Shown here: one piece after another, positions 1 to 10,099 of the stretch
How positions within the stretch are numbered: the stretch's first letter is position 1
How the letters are laid out: every line of letters starts with the position of its first letter
Source of the DNA: Octopus vulgaris
Taxonomy: Eukaryota
Assembly: GCA_951406725.2 (NCBI GenBank)
Contig: OX597819.1
Coordinates: 59,210,001 to 59,274,000, forward strand
Direction: 5' to 3'
DNA length: 64,000 nt
Made by a program: the position numbers and the translations under genes
Notes under the pieces: model-generated
The model's database searches: none
Told to the model about the DNA's origin: nothing
Seen by the model: only the letters and a program-made list of their open reading frames with translations

Positions 1-389
1 TATGTTTAGCCCGCAAGGGGCTAAACATAGAGGTAATAAAGAAATAAGAAACTGAAAGAAGCTTGTCATTGTGTGTGTGTGTGTGTGTCTCGTCCTGACA
101 TGACTCAATAGTTGTAAACAAGCATCGTCATCATGCAAGTGATTTCATTCATTTCCAATCTTCCATGGAAGTATGCCCAGCCATTGGAACCTGTTTCCGG
201 CCTTGCTTTGAAACAGATACGGGTTGTCAATAGGAAGGACATCTGACTCATACTATCACGAAAAAGTGGGTGTTAAAATGGTGATGGTAATGATGCTTAA
301 CAGACTCTGGTGGGAAAAAGCTACCAATTATTATGTAATTAAGTCTACTGATGTATCCTGGTTAAGTAATGTAAATTATTTCTACTCTA

Positions 390-518
390 GTCACAAGGCC
401 TTGGAAATTTGGTGGGGGCGGGGGGCTAGTTGATTACATCAACCCCAGTGCATAACTGGTACTTATTTTATTGACACCAAGAGGGATAAAAGGCATGCTA
501 ACAAATTCTGCCAGCTTT
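390..518 (-). mobile_element. SINE family A fragment
   Basis: Reverse complement of the AAGTACCAGTTA..CACTGGGG core and CTGGCAGAA head. Confidence 0.65.
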
Positions 519-592
519 AAGTAATATTAATAACGTATAGTTTAAATCCTTTCTTGTGTACCTTTAAGATTTTATTTTATTTTAATTTTCAG

Positions 593-690
593 AATGTCCT
601 TATTCAAATGGGTTTGAATGTTCTGTCAGTCGATGGTCTTCTCATCAAACAAGCAAAAAGTTATGTACTCAGGTGTTCAGCTTGTATGAA
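593..690 (+). CDS. NOB1: NOB1 (20S/18S-E pre-rRNA endonuclease) internal exon, end of PIN domain and start of Zn ribbon
   Basis: ttttcag|...|gtaagt; translates NVLIQMGLNVLSVDGLLIKQAKSYVLRCSACM(K), matching the conserved NOB1 QNVLLQMGL...YILRC..C motif; 98 nt, ends phase 2. Confidence 0.95.
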
Positions 691-1121
691 GTAAGTTTTT
701 CAGTTAAATAAATGATGAAAGAAAGCATTTATAAAACATGCTTGTATTGCCTTTATTATTTTGAGTATCATAGAAGTGGGTTCTTATTAAATGTTGTCTG
801 ATTTTGTTTCTTAGTTAAAGATAAATCACTTTATTTATGTCCTTGAAGGCAGGCATGTGAAATGGTCTTATTTCCTTTTGCTGTAAAATTGAGGCCTTGT
901 GCATTTAATCATTATTACACTTCTTTTAGTATGGTTACTGATGATTTATTAAAATATCTTTTGTCCTGGGTATGACTATAGACTGCATCTGGTAATAGGG
1001 CCTTGGCAGGGGAGTTCCAGGATTTTCAGCTAAGTTGAACCACCTCTTAGCCACTATTCTTCCCAGGTCTACTCTGACCCAGAGTAGTAGCACTTGTTAG
1101 GGCCCCAGCTATGGGTTAACT

Positions 1122-1851
1122 AGCATGTGTACCAGCCACTTCAAACCTATGCTACATCTGCTCCTATAATCAGCTGTGATTTGGTCAGAGAATCCTCTGC
1201 ACTGGTCGACAATAAACTGCAAGCTGAGCTAATACAGATCACATTATCCCAAAGTGTGTATGCATGCAACTGGGGGCCACATGTGGAGTTGTATTCCTTC
1301 CGAAACTCTGAACATAAACTCTACACCTGCTTTGCAGTTGGGGATATATTGTTATAGTCAGTGTTAAGGGACATCTTTGATCCCTTGAACTTACATGTAA
1401 TTAATCTCACCATTCCTCACACACACACACACACACAATCTTGCAACATAATAGAAAATATATAATCAGACTGGATTTTTAAAAACAGTTTACATCCTTA
1501 TTCTTTTGTGGCAACAATAAAGCCTTTACAGTAAAGAATGTTCTGTTGTCATTGCATATCCCTTTTTATGCATTCTTCCAAAATTGGTTGTTTGTATGTG
1601 ATTTGTTGGAGGAAATATTACATATTAGTGGATGCCTTAAAGCTAGACACCTGTAGCTTAAAGTCTGTTATCCTATGTGCTCTGGGTTTGTTGGGTCTGC
1701 TGTACAGTATAACACTTAAGTCATTTCATCTAATACATGTTGGATGAAGCATGTGTAGCAGCTACTTCTAACCTATGCTACATCTGCTCCGATAATCAGC
1801 TGTGATTTGGTCAGAGAACTCTGCACTGGTCGACAATAAACTGCAAGCTGA
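1122..1851. repeat. ~105-bp direct duplication in NOB1 intron (1122-1227 and 1748-1851)
   Basis: AGCATGTGTA...CCTATGCTACATCTGCTCC...GGTCGACAATAAACTGCAAGCTGA occurs twice with only a few differences. Confidence 0.9.
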
Positions 1852-2366
1852 AGTAGTGAGGTAGTGTAAAAGTGGTAGACTAAGAAAAATAAAGACAGGC
1901 TTGGAGTGATGTCAGATCTAAAAGTATCATACCTCACAGAAGAGATTGTGAAAGACAGCAATGCATGGAAGAATGCTGCATTGTAGACTCATTTCATTCT
2001 AGCTTGCAAAATATGAATGATATGTCACATAACCCCAGATTGACCCTGATAGATTAGGCCTATGATTAAATTTGCCCGACTTGTAACAATTTCATCTTTT
2101 ATTCAGATGTAATGTGTGTAGGGATACATTGTCCAGTGTATCAGCCGGATGTGATTTGAGATTGGTTTGGCTGCTATTTATTGTAAGTCAAACAACAACA
2201 TAGAGGCTCTCTTGTTGGCTTTTAAAATAGGAATAAGTTACGAAGGTGATGATGGTGGAGGCAGAGAAGAATTACTCAGCATTTATTGCTAAAAGTAATT
2301 ACACAAGAACTATTTCTTCTTCTGCACAAACTTACTTCTCATCACTATCTTCTTTTCTTCTTGCAG

Positions 2367-2508
2367 AATCTGTACAGTTCTTACAAAGCTGTTTTGTCCA
2401 TCATGTGGAAATAAAACATTAAAGAGAATTACTATGACTGTCAAAGATGATGGAAGTATTCAATATCATTTCAGTTCCAGGCGTCTTCTGAACTGCCGTG
2501 GACTTAAA
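2367..2508 (+). CDS. NOB1: NOB1 internal exon, Zn ribbon
   Basis: ttgcag|...|gtaagt; (K)ICTVLTKLFCPSCGNKTLKRITMTVKDDGSIQYHFSSRRLLNCRGLK; FCPxCGNKTL motif; phase 2 in, phase 0 out. Confidence 0.95.
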
Positions 2509-2967
2509 GTAAGTTGCACTCTTCACATACTTTTGCATCTGACTGCAAAATGAGATCAAGAAAATCACTTCTTGTCTCTGAAATTTTTTTATGAAATACA
2601 GATAATAAAAGTGCTTTGTTTCATTTATGATCTGTGCCATCTTAAACTGTGATCTTTTTCTCTTTTTTATTTTTCTACAACCAAGACTACTTTTTTTATT
2701 TATTGTGTTAATATAGTGCATTTTTTTGTTTCTTTTTCCTTTGTTATTATTCCATTTAATTTGTAAATTTGTATCTTATGTCTTTTTCATTATTTTCTAC
2801 ATAATGTTATTAATTTTTTGGTAGTTTTCAAACTTTTTTCTATTCTAGAATGTTGTGAAAGATTTCTTGTGGGAGTAATTTGTCTTCGCAATTAAATATC
2901 CTCTTATTAATTCTGAAGTAAAAGTAGGACCTTTTGCATTATTCGGTCAAAATAATCCACAGAGAAA

Positions 2968-3190
2968 AGGTGGTGAGCTGGCAGAAATGTTAGTACAACG
3001 CGAGAAATGCTTAGCGGTATTTCATCTGCCGTTATGTTCTGAGTTCAAATTCCGCTGAGCTTGACTTTGCCTTTCATCCTTTCGGGATTGATAAATTAAG
3101 TACCAGTTACACACTGGGATCGATGTAATCAACTTAATCCCTTGTCTGTCCCTTCTATGTTTAGCCCCTTGTGGGCAATAAAAAAAAATA
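2968..3190 (+). mobile_element. tRNA-derived SINE family A
   Basis: AGGTGGTGAGCTGGCAGAA head, GTTCAAATTCC B-box, central GACTTTGCCTTTCATCCTTTCGGG..GATAAATTAAGTACCAG domain, A-rich tail; many copies in the window. Confidence 0.85.
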
Positions 3191-3986
3191 AAGAGTTCTG
3201 TCTTGTTCAGAGATACAAAAAATATCACCACAACATATGATCAACAGACTTTACAGCTATTGTAATCTGTTAACATTTAGTATCTTTTACTTGTTTCAGT
3301 CATTAGACTGTGGCTATGTTGGGGCACTGCCTTGAAATTATGCATAATTTACCTATTGATATGTACTATAAACGTAGCTGTAAGCTTCTTGCAGGTGAAA
3401 TTTGCAATTGACTTTGATTCTGAGAAAAAGATATTTTATTTTATTAATGCTTCTAAAGTCCCTTGCAGAAGGTATGACTGTCCAAAGAAATTGTTGCTGA
3501 CAATGTTGCAGCGAACACCACTCTGGTACTCACTCTATAACCTAATTTCAAAACCTAGTTGGATCGATTCAGTTTGTTGCTTATACCCTTGATAAAAACG
3601 AAAACACCAACTTCCCACTTCTCTTTAACTCAACTGAGGTTTTTAGGAAATTATAACAGCAAAGAAGACATCAAGACTGGATCATGAATTCAGCTCACTA
3701 GATTCTCAACCTTTATAATATTCACAAGAGGTTTTTGTCTTGCAAGTTACCTGGTGACTACGCTGTTGCTGGTGCCCTATAAAAAGCACCCAGTACACTC
3801 TGAAGTGGTTGCCTTTAGGAAGTGCATCCAGTGGTCGAAACCATGCCAAAGCAAACAGGCTTGGCACAGCCCTCTAGCTTGCCAGCTGTTGTCAAACCAT
3901 CCAAATCATTCCAGTATGGAAAGCAGATATTAAATGATGACAATAAAAAAGAATTATCAAAAATATATAAAATTTCATGTAATATC

Positions 3987-4145
3987 GCAGGAGTGGCTGT
4001 GTGGTAAGTAGCTTGCTTATCAACCACATGGTTCAGGGTTCAGTCCCACTGCGTGGCACCTTGGGCAAGTGTCTTCTACTATAGCCTCAGGCCGACCAAA
4101 GCCTTGTGAGTGGATTTGGTAAACGGAAACTGAAAGAAGCTCATC

Positions 4146-4201
<56 letters not shown>

Positions 4202-4348
4202 TTGTCCCCTCAACATCACTTGACAACCGATGCTGGTGTGTTTACATCCCCGTAACTTAGCGGTTCGGCAAGAGAGACCGATAGAATAAGTAATAGGCTT
4301 ACAAAGAATAAGCCCTGGGGTTGATTTGCTCGACTAAAGGCGATGCCT
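3987..4348 (+). mobile_element. tRNA-derived SINE family B with internal (TA)n
   Basis: GCAGGAGTGGCTGTGTGGTAAG head, GGTTCAGTCCC B-box-like, CCTTGGGCAAG motif; same sequence recurs at 12.3, 42.1, 45.8, 47.4 and 54.2 kb. Confidence 0.85.
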
Positions 4349-4437
4349 TTTAAATCTTAGTATTGATAATTCTAAAACGTAAATATTTCTAACAGGCTTA
4401 CATTTGCTAAAAGCTTTTTTAACTTAATTTCTTGCAG

Positions 4438-4707
4438 TATTCCCTTCCACTGCCCCAAGGTGGCAAACATTCTAACAACCCTATCTTGTTTGAAGACCAG
4501 AGGCTCCCACAACAGCGGGCAACTAAGAAAGCTTTGCAGAGACTAAATGTCTTTGATGAAAATTATGTTGTTGGACAATCTCCATTTAGAATCCACGACT
4601 TGACTAGTAGAGCTGCACAGCTTGGAATTAAAGGACAGGAGGTTAAACCATGGAACAGAAGAAACCCCAATGAAGGGGTCAGAAAATTTTCCAAAAAGAA
4701 AAGATAA
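4438..4707 (+). CDS. NOB1: NOB1 last coding exon
   Basis: cttgcag| acceptor; YSLPLPQGGKHSNNPILFEDQ...SPF...WNRRNPNEGVRKFSKKKR* is the typical NOB1 C-terminus; TAA at 4705-4707. Confidence 0.95.
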   Translation, partial: YSLPLPQGGKHSNNPILFEDQRLPQQRATKKALQRLNVFDENYVVGQSPFRIHDLTSRAAQLGIKGQEVKPWNRRNPNEGVRKFSKKKR

Positions 4708-4770
4708 ATTAAATCTTGTTAAATTGTTCTCCTGATTTGTTTTTTTGTTTTTTTTATTATTGTTTGCCTA

Positions 4771-4776
4771 AATAAA
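4771..4776 (+). promoter_or_regulatory. probable NOB1 polyadenylation signal
   Basis: AATAAA about 65 nt after the stop codon, followed by T-rich sequence. Confidence 0.6.
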
Positions 4777-5138
4777 ATAATGATTTAATGATTAGATAAT
4801 AACTCTTTTTCCAGGTTTGCCTTCCTTCTGTCATACTTTAGCCTTCAATACCTGGCATAAATCCATCTTCCCCCTTTTTGAAATGCACTTTCATTCAATC
4901 AAGCAGGGTTTTTTTTTCCTTTCCTTTTCTTTGGTTTGCAAATTATTTGGTGACCTCGCTAGTTCCTGTGTGACAAATAAAGCACCCAATACATGTAGTA
5001 AAGGGGTTGGCATGGGAAATAGACCCAGATATAGAAACCATGCCAAAGCTAGCACTGGAGCCTGACATGGAACACTGAACCCTGTCAAACCATCCAGTGC
5101 ATGCCAGTGTTGTAAATGAACATTAAATAACAATGATG

Positions 5139-5181
<43 letters not shown>

Positions 5182-5184
5182 TGG

Positions 5185-5500
5185 GAAGGTGCATGGCTTG
5201 GTGGTTAGAGCATCAGGCTCACAATCATGATGTAGTGAGTTTGATTCCCAGACTGGGCTGTGCATTGTGTTCTTGAGAAAGACACTTTATTTCACAGTGT
5301 TCCAGTTCACTCAACTGAAATGAGTTGTGATGTAACACCTTTTTCCTTTCGCTTGGGTAACATTGATGATGTGGAGAGAGGAGGCTGGTATGCATGGGCG
5401 ACTGCTGGCCTTCCATAAACAACCTTGCCAGGACTTCAATCATAGGGGAACTTTCTAGGTGCAATCCCATGGTCATTCATTACCAATGGGTGTCTTGACT
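5185..5500 (+). mobile_element. tRNA-derived SINE family C
   Basis: GGTGCATGGCTTGGTGGTTAGAG A-box, GTTTGATTCCC B-box; related copies at 12.9, 16.2, 28.4, 46.6, 51.9 and 60.5 kb; end approximate. Confidence 0.75.
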
Positions 5501-5890
5501 CTTTTTATATATGTGTGTGTATATGTACAGACGGGGGAAGAGAGAAAGATGCAGGTATGTTTGTGTAATTAAAAAATTCACTTCCCAACCAAGTACTTTC
5601 ATGTTCTGTCCCACTGCACAGCACCCTTTTGCTGTAGTTGCTTTGAACTTGGAACTTCATGATTGCAAAGCAACCTCTAAACTTTTAACCCATACTTATA
5701 TTTGTCAGTCAGTAAGTTATATCCCTTAGCTTTGAGATAACTCATGATTAATTCAAAATAATGTAAATAATAAACATCACAGATTTCTCAGTCATCTGAA
5801 TGCTAAAAGGTTAATGTCATGAGCTTAATAAAATGTAATTAGAAATAATTATGTGAAGAAAAAACAATAGTTTAATGGTATGTTATTTAA

Positions 5891-6138
5891 CCCTTCTGTT
5901 TCCATATTTCTGTTGAAAATACATTGCCTTTGTCTGAGTTTGAAAGAAATAGCATTGCCTTAGTTTCAATTAATCTTCAAAATAATGGAGAATTTTGTTA
6001 ACTAAGTCTACCATTCTTAATTTGATGTTTAGAACGTAACATGAAATTTTTATGGAAGGTTTTAGCTTAGATTACTTTAAACAGGAAGCTTCTATCACAG
6101 AATCAGAAGTGTTCTCAAGCAAGTTGGTAACCGAAGGG
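5891..6138. mobile_element. degenerate TTAA-type (piggyBac-like) MITE
   Basis: TTAA|CCCTTCTGTTTCC ... GGTAACCGAAGGG imperfect inverted ends; right TTAA not preserved. Confidence 0.45.
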
Positions 6139-6562
6139 CCCGAGTGATTTGGCAATACAGGAGACAACTCTGAACATATTTCATTCTTATTAGAGCTCCT
6201 CAGCAAAATATAGACCTCATAAATGCTTAATTAATGATGAGAGAATCACAAAGGAGACATCAATAGACAACTGTTTATTGCAAGAGTCTATAGCAGTCAA
6301 CAATATTGATATACAAATACATCACTCCCTGCAACTTAAATTTTCTACGTCATTAAATTTTACTATGAGACTGATTATTGTAAGAAATAATGCTACGGCT
6401 TGACTAAGTCTGGTTGCGATACCCAGTTAAAACCAATTACTTTTCACTAATGCAAATAATACACTTGAAGCATTGTGATGTTATCCTGTCATAACACACT
6501 TCCTTATAAACTTGTAACTTTGAACTTATGTAAAAGGTTATTGTAAGATTGAGGGTGCTAGA

Positions 6563-9208
6563 TTGACGAACGACAGAGACCTTATCTTTGTGGCTGGTGA
6601 CTTCAATGGTCACGTTGGACGACATGCTGGGGGCTTCCATGGCGTACATGGAGGCTACGGCTATGGCTCCCGCAACGAGGAGGGAACCAGGCTGCTGGAG
6701 TTCTGCGATGCAAATAATCTTATGATTTGCAACACTAACTTCAGGAAACCTACCAGCCACCTAGTCACTTACCAATCGGGCCAACATACCAGCCAAATTG
6801 ACTACATCCTTACAAGGCAAAGGGAGAGATGGCTGCTTATAAATGCCAAAACCTTCCCAGGTGAAGAATGTACCCCACAACATAGACTGGTAGTTAGTGA
6901 CTTTAGGATCAGGACTAGGAGGACAACCAGAAGACGACAAATATGGAGAAGAAGGATCTGGAAGCTTAAAGATCCTGCAAATGGACAGAGATTTAGGGAC
7001 ATATTACTTGAAGCCTCTGACGAAGTAGAAGGGGATAGAGCATCACAGGGGGTAGAAGACAGCTGGACGTTTCTAAGGGACAACCTGCTGAGAGCCACTG
7101 ACCAGATCTGTGGCTGGTGCAAAGTCCCCTCTCGACCTAGAATAACGTGGTGGTGGAACAATATTGTAGACAGGGCTATTAGAGAAAAGAGACAGGCTTG
7201 GAAGGTCTGGAAAAATGGGGGTAGCAGGGAATTGTATCAGACTGCCAAAAGAGAAGCTAGGAGACAGGTTTATTTAGCCAGAGGGGAAGCAGATAAGAAA
7301 AAATTTGCCAATGTTCTGCGCCGTGAGGACCAAAGACTGGAGGTGTTTCGTGTTGCAAGACAGTGTGTGAGAGAGAATCGTGATGTGGTAGGAGAGAAGT
7401 GTGTTCGCATGGAAGATGGTTCACTTGCGCTAAATGAGGATGCAAAGAGAGAGGTTTGGAGATGCCACTATGAAAGGTTGCTGAATGAAGAAAATGAATG
7501 GGATAAAGAGAGTCTGCCGAATGTTGACCCAACAGAGGGACCAGCTATCCGAGTTGATAGTTCTGTGGTAGCTAAGGCAATTAGAAGCATGAAGACAGGG
7601 AAAGCCCCAGGCCCATCAGGAATCACTGCAGAGATGCTCAAAATGTCTGGTAGTGTCGGCTATAGCCTAGTCACCCATATAGTTAATCAGGTGATACACA
7701 AAGGGGTCATACCCAATGACTGGTGTAGCAGTATAATAGTCAACTGCTACAAAGGTAAAGGTGATGCCCTAGATACAAACAACTACAGAGGTATCAAGCT
7801 GTTGGACCAGGTGATGAAGGTTACGGAGAGGGTCATAGCCCAACTAATTAGAGAGAGAGTTAGTTTAGATGAGATGCAGTTTGGGTTTGTGCCAGGGAAA
7901 AGTACTACTGATGCTATATTCCTGGTAAGGCAGCTGCAGGAGAAATACCTAGCCAAAGATAAGCCCCTGTACCTGGCTTTTGTTGACATGGAGAAAGCCT
8001 TCGACAGGGTCCCCCGATCCCTTATCTGGTGGGCAATGAGAAAACTAGGGATAGATGAATGGTTAGTGAGAGCTGTGCGGGCCATGTATAGGGACGCCGC
8101 TAGTAGGGTGAGGGTTGGAAATGAGTACAGTGAAGAATTCCGGGTAGAGGTAGGGGTCCACCAAGGCTCAGTACTCAGCCCCCTCCTATTTATCATAGTC
8201 CTCCAGGCAATAACGGAGGAATTCAAGACAGGATGCCCTTGGGAGCTCCTCTATGCTGATGACCTTGCTCTAATTGCTGAGTCGCTATCAGAACTGGAGG
8301 AGAAGTTTCAGGTGTGGAAACAAGGATTAGAATCGAAGGGCCTCAGAGTCAATCTAGCTAAAACCAAAGTCGTAATCAGTAGGAAGGTAGACAAATCACA
8401 AACACCTTCAGGTAGATGGCCCTGCTCGATCTGTAGAAAAGGTGTAGGTAGAAACTCTATAAGATGCACCAAGTGTAAGCTATGGACACATAAGAGATGC
8501 AGCAATGTCAAAGGAAGGCTAACTAGGAAGATGGTTTTTGTATGTGGCAGATGCTCAGGAACAATAAACACTGAAAATGCTCTGAGACCAACTTCTGTCA
8601 CTTTCCAGGGAGAAAAACTAGAAATAGTTGATAGTTTCCGTTACCTAGGTGACCAAGTCAGCAGCGGGGGCGGGTGTGCTGAAAGTGTAACTGCTAGAGT
8701 AAGAATAGCTTGGGCAAAGTTCAGAGAGCTCTTACCTCTGCTGGTGACAAAAGGCCTCTCGCACAGAGTGAAAGGCAGACTGTATGATGCGTGTGTACGA
8801 ACAGCCATGCTACATGGCAGTGAAACATGGGCCGTGACTGCTGAGGATATGCGTAAGCTCGCTAGAAATGAAGCCAGTATGCTCCGATGGATGTGTAATG
8901 CCAGTACTCACACTCGGCAGAGTGTAAGTACCTTGAGAGAAAAGCTGGACCTAAGAAGCATCAGTTGTGGTGTGCAAGAGAGACGTTTGCGCTGGTATGG
9001 TCATGTGGCGAGAATGGATGAAGATAGTTGTGTGAAAAAGTGCCACACCCTAGCGGTTGAGGGAACCTGTGGAAGAGGCAGACCCAGGAAAACCTGGGAC
9101 GAGGTGGTGAAGCACGACCTTCGAACTTTAGGTCTCACCGAGGAAATGACTAGAGACCGAGACCTCTGGAAGTGTGCTGTGCGCGAGAAGACCCGGCAGG
9201 ACAAGTGA
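6563..9208 (+). CDS. RTE LINE polyprotein: C-terminal part of APE endonuclease, reverse transcriptase, PHD-type zinc finger insert
   Basis: APE motifs GDFNGHVG, SQIDYIL, QHRLVV; RT motifs KAPGPSGI, NYRGIKLL, QFGF, FVDMEKAFDRV, GVHQGSVLSPLLF, YADD, FRYLG; RTE C-terminus RRLRWYGHVARM, RGRPRKTW; starts mid-endonuclease, so the TTG start is not real. Confidence 0.93.
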   Translation: MTNDRDLIFVAGDFNGHVGRHAGGFHGVHGGYGYGSRNEEGTRLLEFCDANNLMICNTNFRKPTSHLVTYQSGQHTSQIDYILTRQRERWLLINAKTFPGEECTPQHRLVVSDFRIRTRRTTRRRQIWRRRIWKLKDPANGQRFRDILLEASDEVEGDRASQGVEDSWTFLRDNLLRATDQICGWCKVPSRPRITWWWNNIVDRAIREKRQAWKVWKNGGSRELYQTAKREARRQVYLARGEADKKKFANVLRREDQRLEVFRVARQCVRENRDVVGEKCVRMEDGSLALNEDAKREVWRCHYERLLNEENEWDKESLPNVDPTEGPAIRVDSSVVAKAIRSMKTGKAPGPSGITAEMLKMSGSVGYSLVTHIVNQVIHKGVIPNDWCSSIIVNCYKGKGDALDTNNYRGIKLLDQVMKVTERVIAQLIRERVSLDEMQFGFVPGKSTTDAIFLVRQLQEKYLAKDKPLYLAFVDMEKAFDRVPRSLIWWAMRKLGIDEWLVRAVRAMYRDAASRVRVGNEYSEEFRVEVGVHQGSVLSPLLFIIVLQAITEEFKTGCPWELLYADDLALIAESLSELEEKFQVWKQGLESKGLRVNLAKTKVVISRKVDKSQTPSGRWPCSICRKGVGRNSIRCTKCKLWTHKRCSNVKGRLTRKMVFVCGRCSGTINTENALRPTSVTFQGEKLEIVDSFRYLGDQVSSGGGCAESVTARVRIAWAKFRELLPLLVTKGLSHRVKGRLYDACVRTAMLHGSETWAVTAEDMRKLARNEASMLRWMCNASTHTRQSVSTLREKLDLRSISCGVQERRLRWYGHVARMDEDSCVKKCHTLAVEGTCGRGRPRKTWDEVVKHDLRTLGLTEEMTRDRDLWKCAVREKTRQDK

Positions 9209-9280
9209 GTCCACAACCCGTGGCCTTCTACATGGGATGGAGCCAGCCTACGTATGCATACCTTCCCTTCTTGGGACACA

Positions 9281-9474
9281 AAACTCTACTTGTGAAGACG
9301 TGTTGAGGCAAGTGAGGATCAGAATCGAAATCGATCAATGGAAATTGCGGATGTGCTACCAGTGCCGGTGGCATGTCGAAACTCTGCTTGTGAAGACCCA
9401 TTGAGGCAAGTGAGGATCAGAATCGAAATCGATCAATGGAAATTGCAGATGTGTTACCAGTGCCGGTGGCATGT
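9281..9474 (+). repeat. 98-bp tandem duplication in the RTE 3'UTR
   Basis: AAACTCT(A/G)CTTGTGAAGAC...GTGCCGGTGGCATGT at 9281 and 9379. Confidence 0.9.
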
Positions 9475-9824
9475 AAGAGAACCTTCCGTTTCGCGACCGT
9501 TGCCAGCACCGCCCCGTTTCGTGTTCGTTGCCAGCCTCGCCTGGCCCTCGTGCCGGTGGCACATAAAAAACACCATCCGTTCGTGGCCGTTTGCCAGCTC
9601 TGGCTGGCACCAGTGCGGGTGGCACGTAAAAGCACCCACTACACTCACGGAGTGGTTGGCGTTAGGAAGGGCATCCAGCCGTAGAAACACTGCCAGATTT
9701 GACTGGGCCTGATGAAGCCTTCTGGCTTCACAGACCCCAGCAGAACCGTCCAACCCATGCTAGCATGGAAAACGGACGCTAAATGATGATGATGATGATG
9801 ATGATGATTAGAGCATCACAAAAT

Positions 9825-10080
9825 CATCATTATCATCGTTTAATGTCTGCTTTCCATGCTGGCATGGGTTGGATGGTTTGACTGAGGACTGGCGACTGCA
9901 CTAGGCTCCTTTCTGATCTGGCAAGGTTTCTACAGCTGGATGCCCTTCCTAATGCCAACCACTCTGAGTGTAGTGGGTGCTTTTTATATGCCACTGGCAT
10001 GGGGGCCAGTCAGGTGGTATCAGCATCGACCACACTCAAATGGTGCTTTTTACATGCCACCGGCATGGGAGCCAGTTCAG
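9825..10080 (-). mobile_element. RTE 3'-tail element, inverted relative to the adjacent LINE
   Basis: Reverse complement of AAAAGCACCCACTACACTC..GTGGTTGGC.TTAGGAAGGGCATCCAGC..CCAACCCATGCCAGCATGGAAA..(GAT)n. Confidence 0.85.
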
Positions 10081-10099
10081 TGTGACGGTACTGAGTCAC

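Larger units (their letters stand above)
6563..9808 (+). mobile_element. 5'-truncated young RTE-clade LINE with structured 3'UTR and (GAT)n tail
   Basis: Uninterrupted ORF, abrupt GC increase at 6563, (GAT)n tail 9785-9808, possible 4-bp TSD TAGA (6559-6562 / 9809-9812). Confidence 0.93.

Noticed and set aside
9550-9562. GTGC-CGGTG-GCAC pentaloop as a Smaug/ZCCHC14 CNGGN element linking the LINE to the neighbouring gene
   Set aside because: Loop CGGUG does not fit CNGGN, and proximity is coincidental for a dispersed repeat
9355-9640. Palindromic repeats with variable spacers resembling a CRISPR array
   Set aside because: Eukaryotic LINE 3'UTR; irregular spacing, the spacers are themselves duplicated, and there are no cas genes
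6802-9753. Multiple antisense and overlapping ORFs in the LINE and its UTR
   Set aside because: Shadow ORFs of a GC-richer coding sequence and tandem repeats; no recognisable protein motifs
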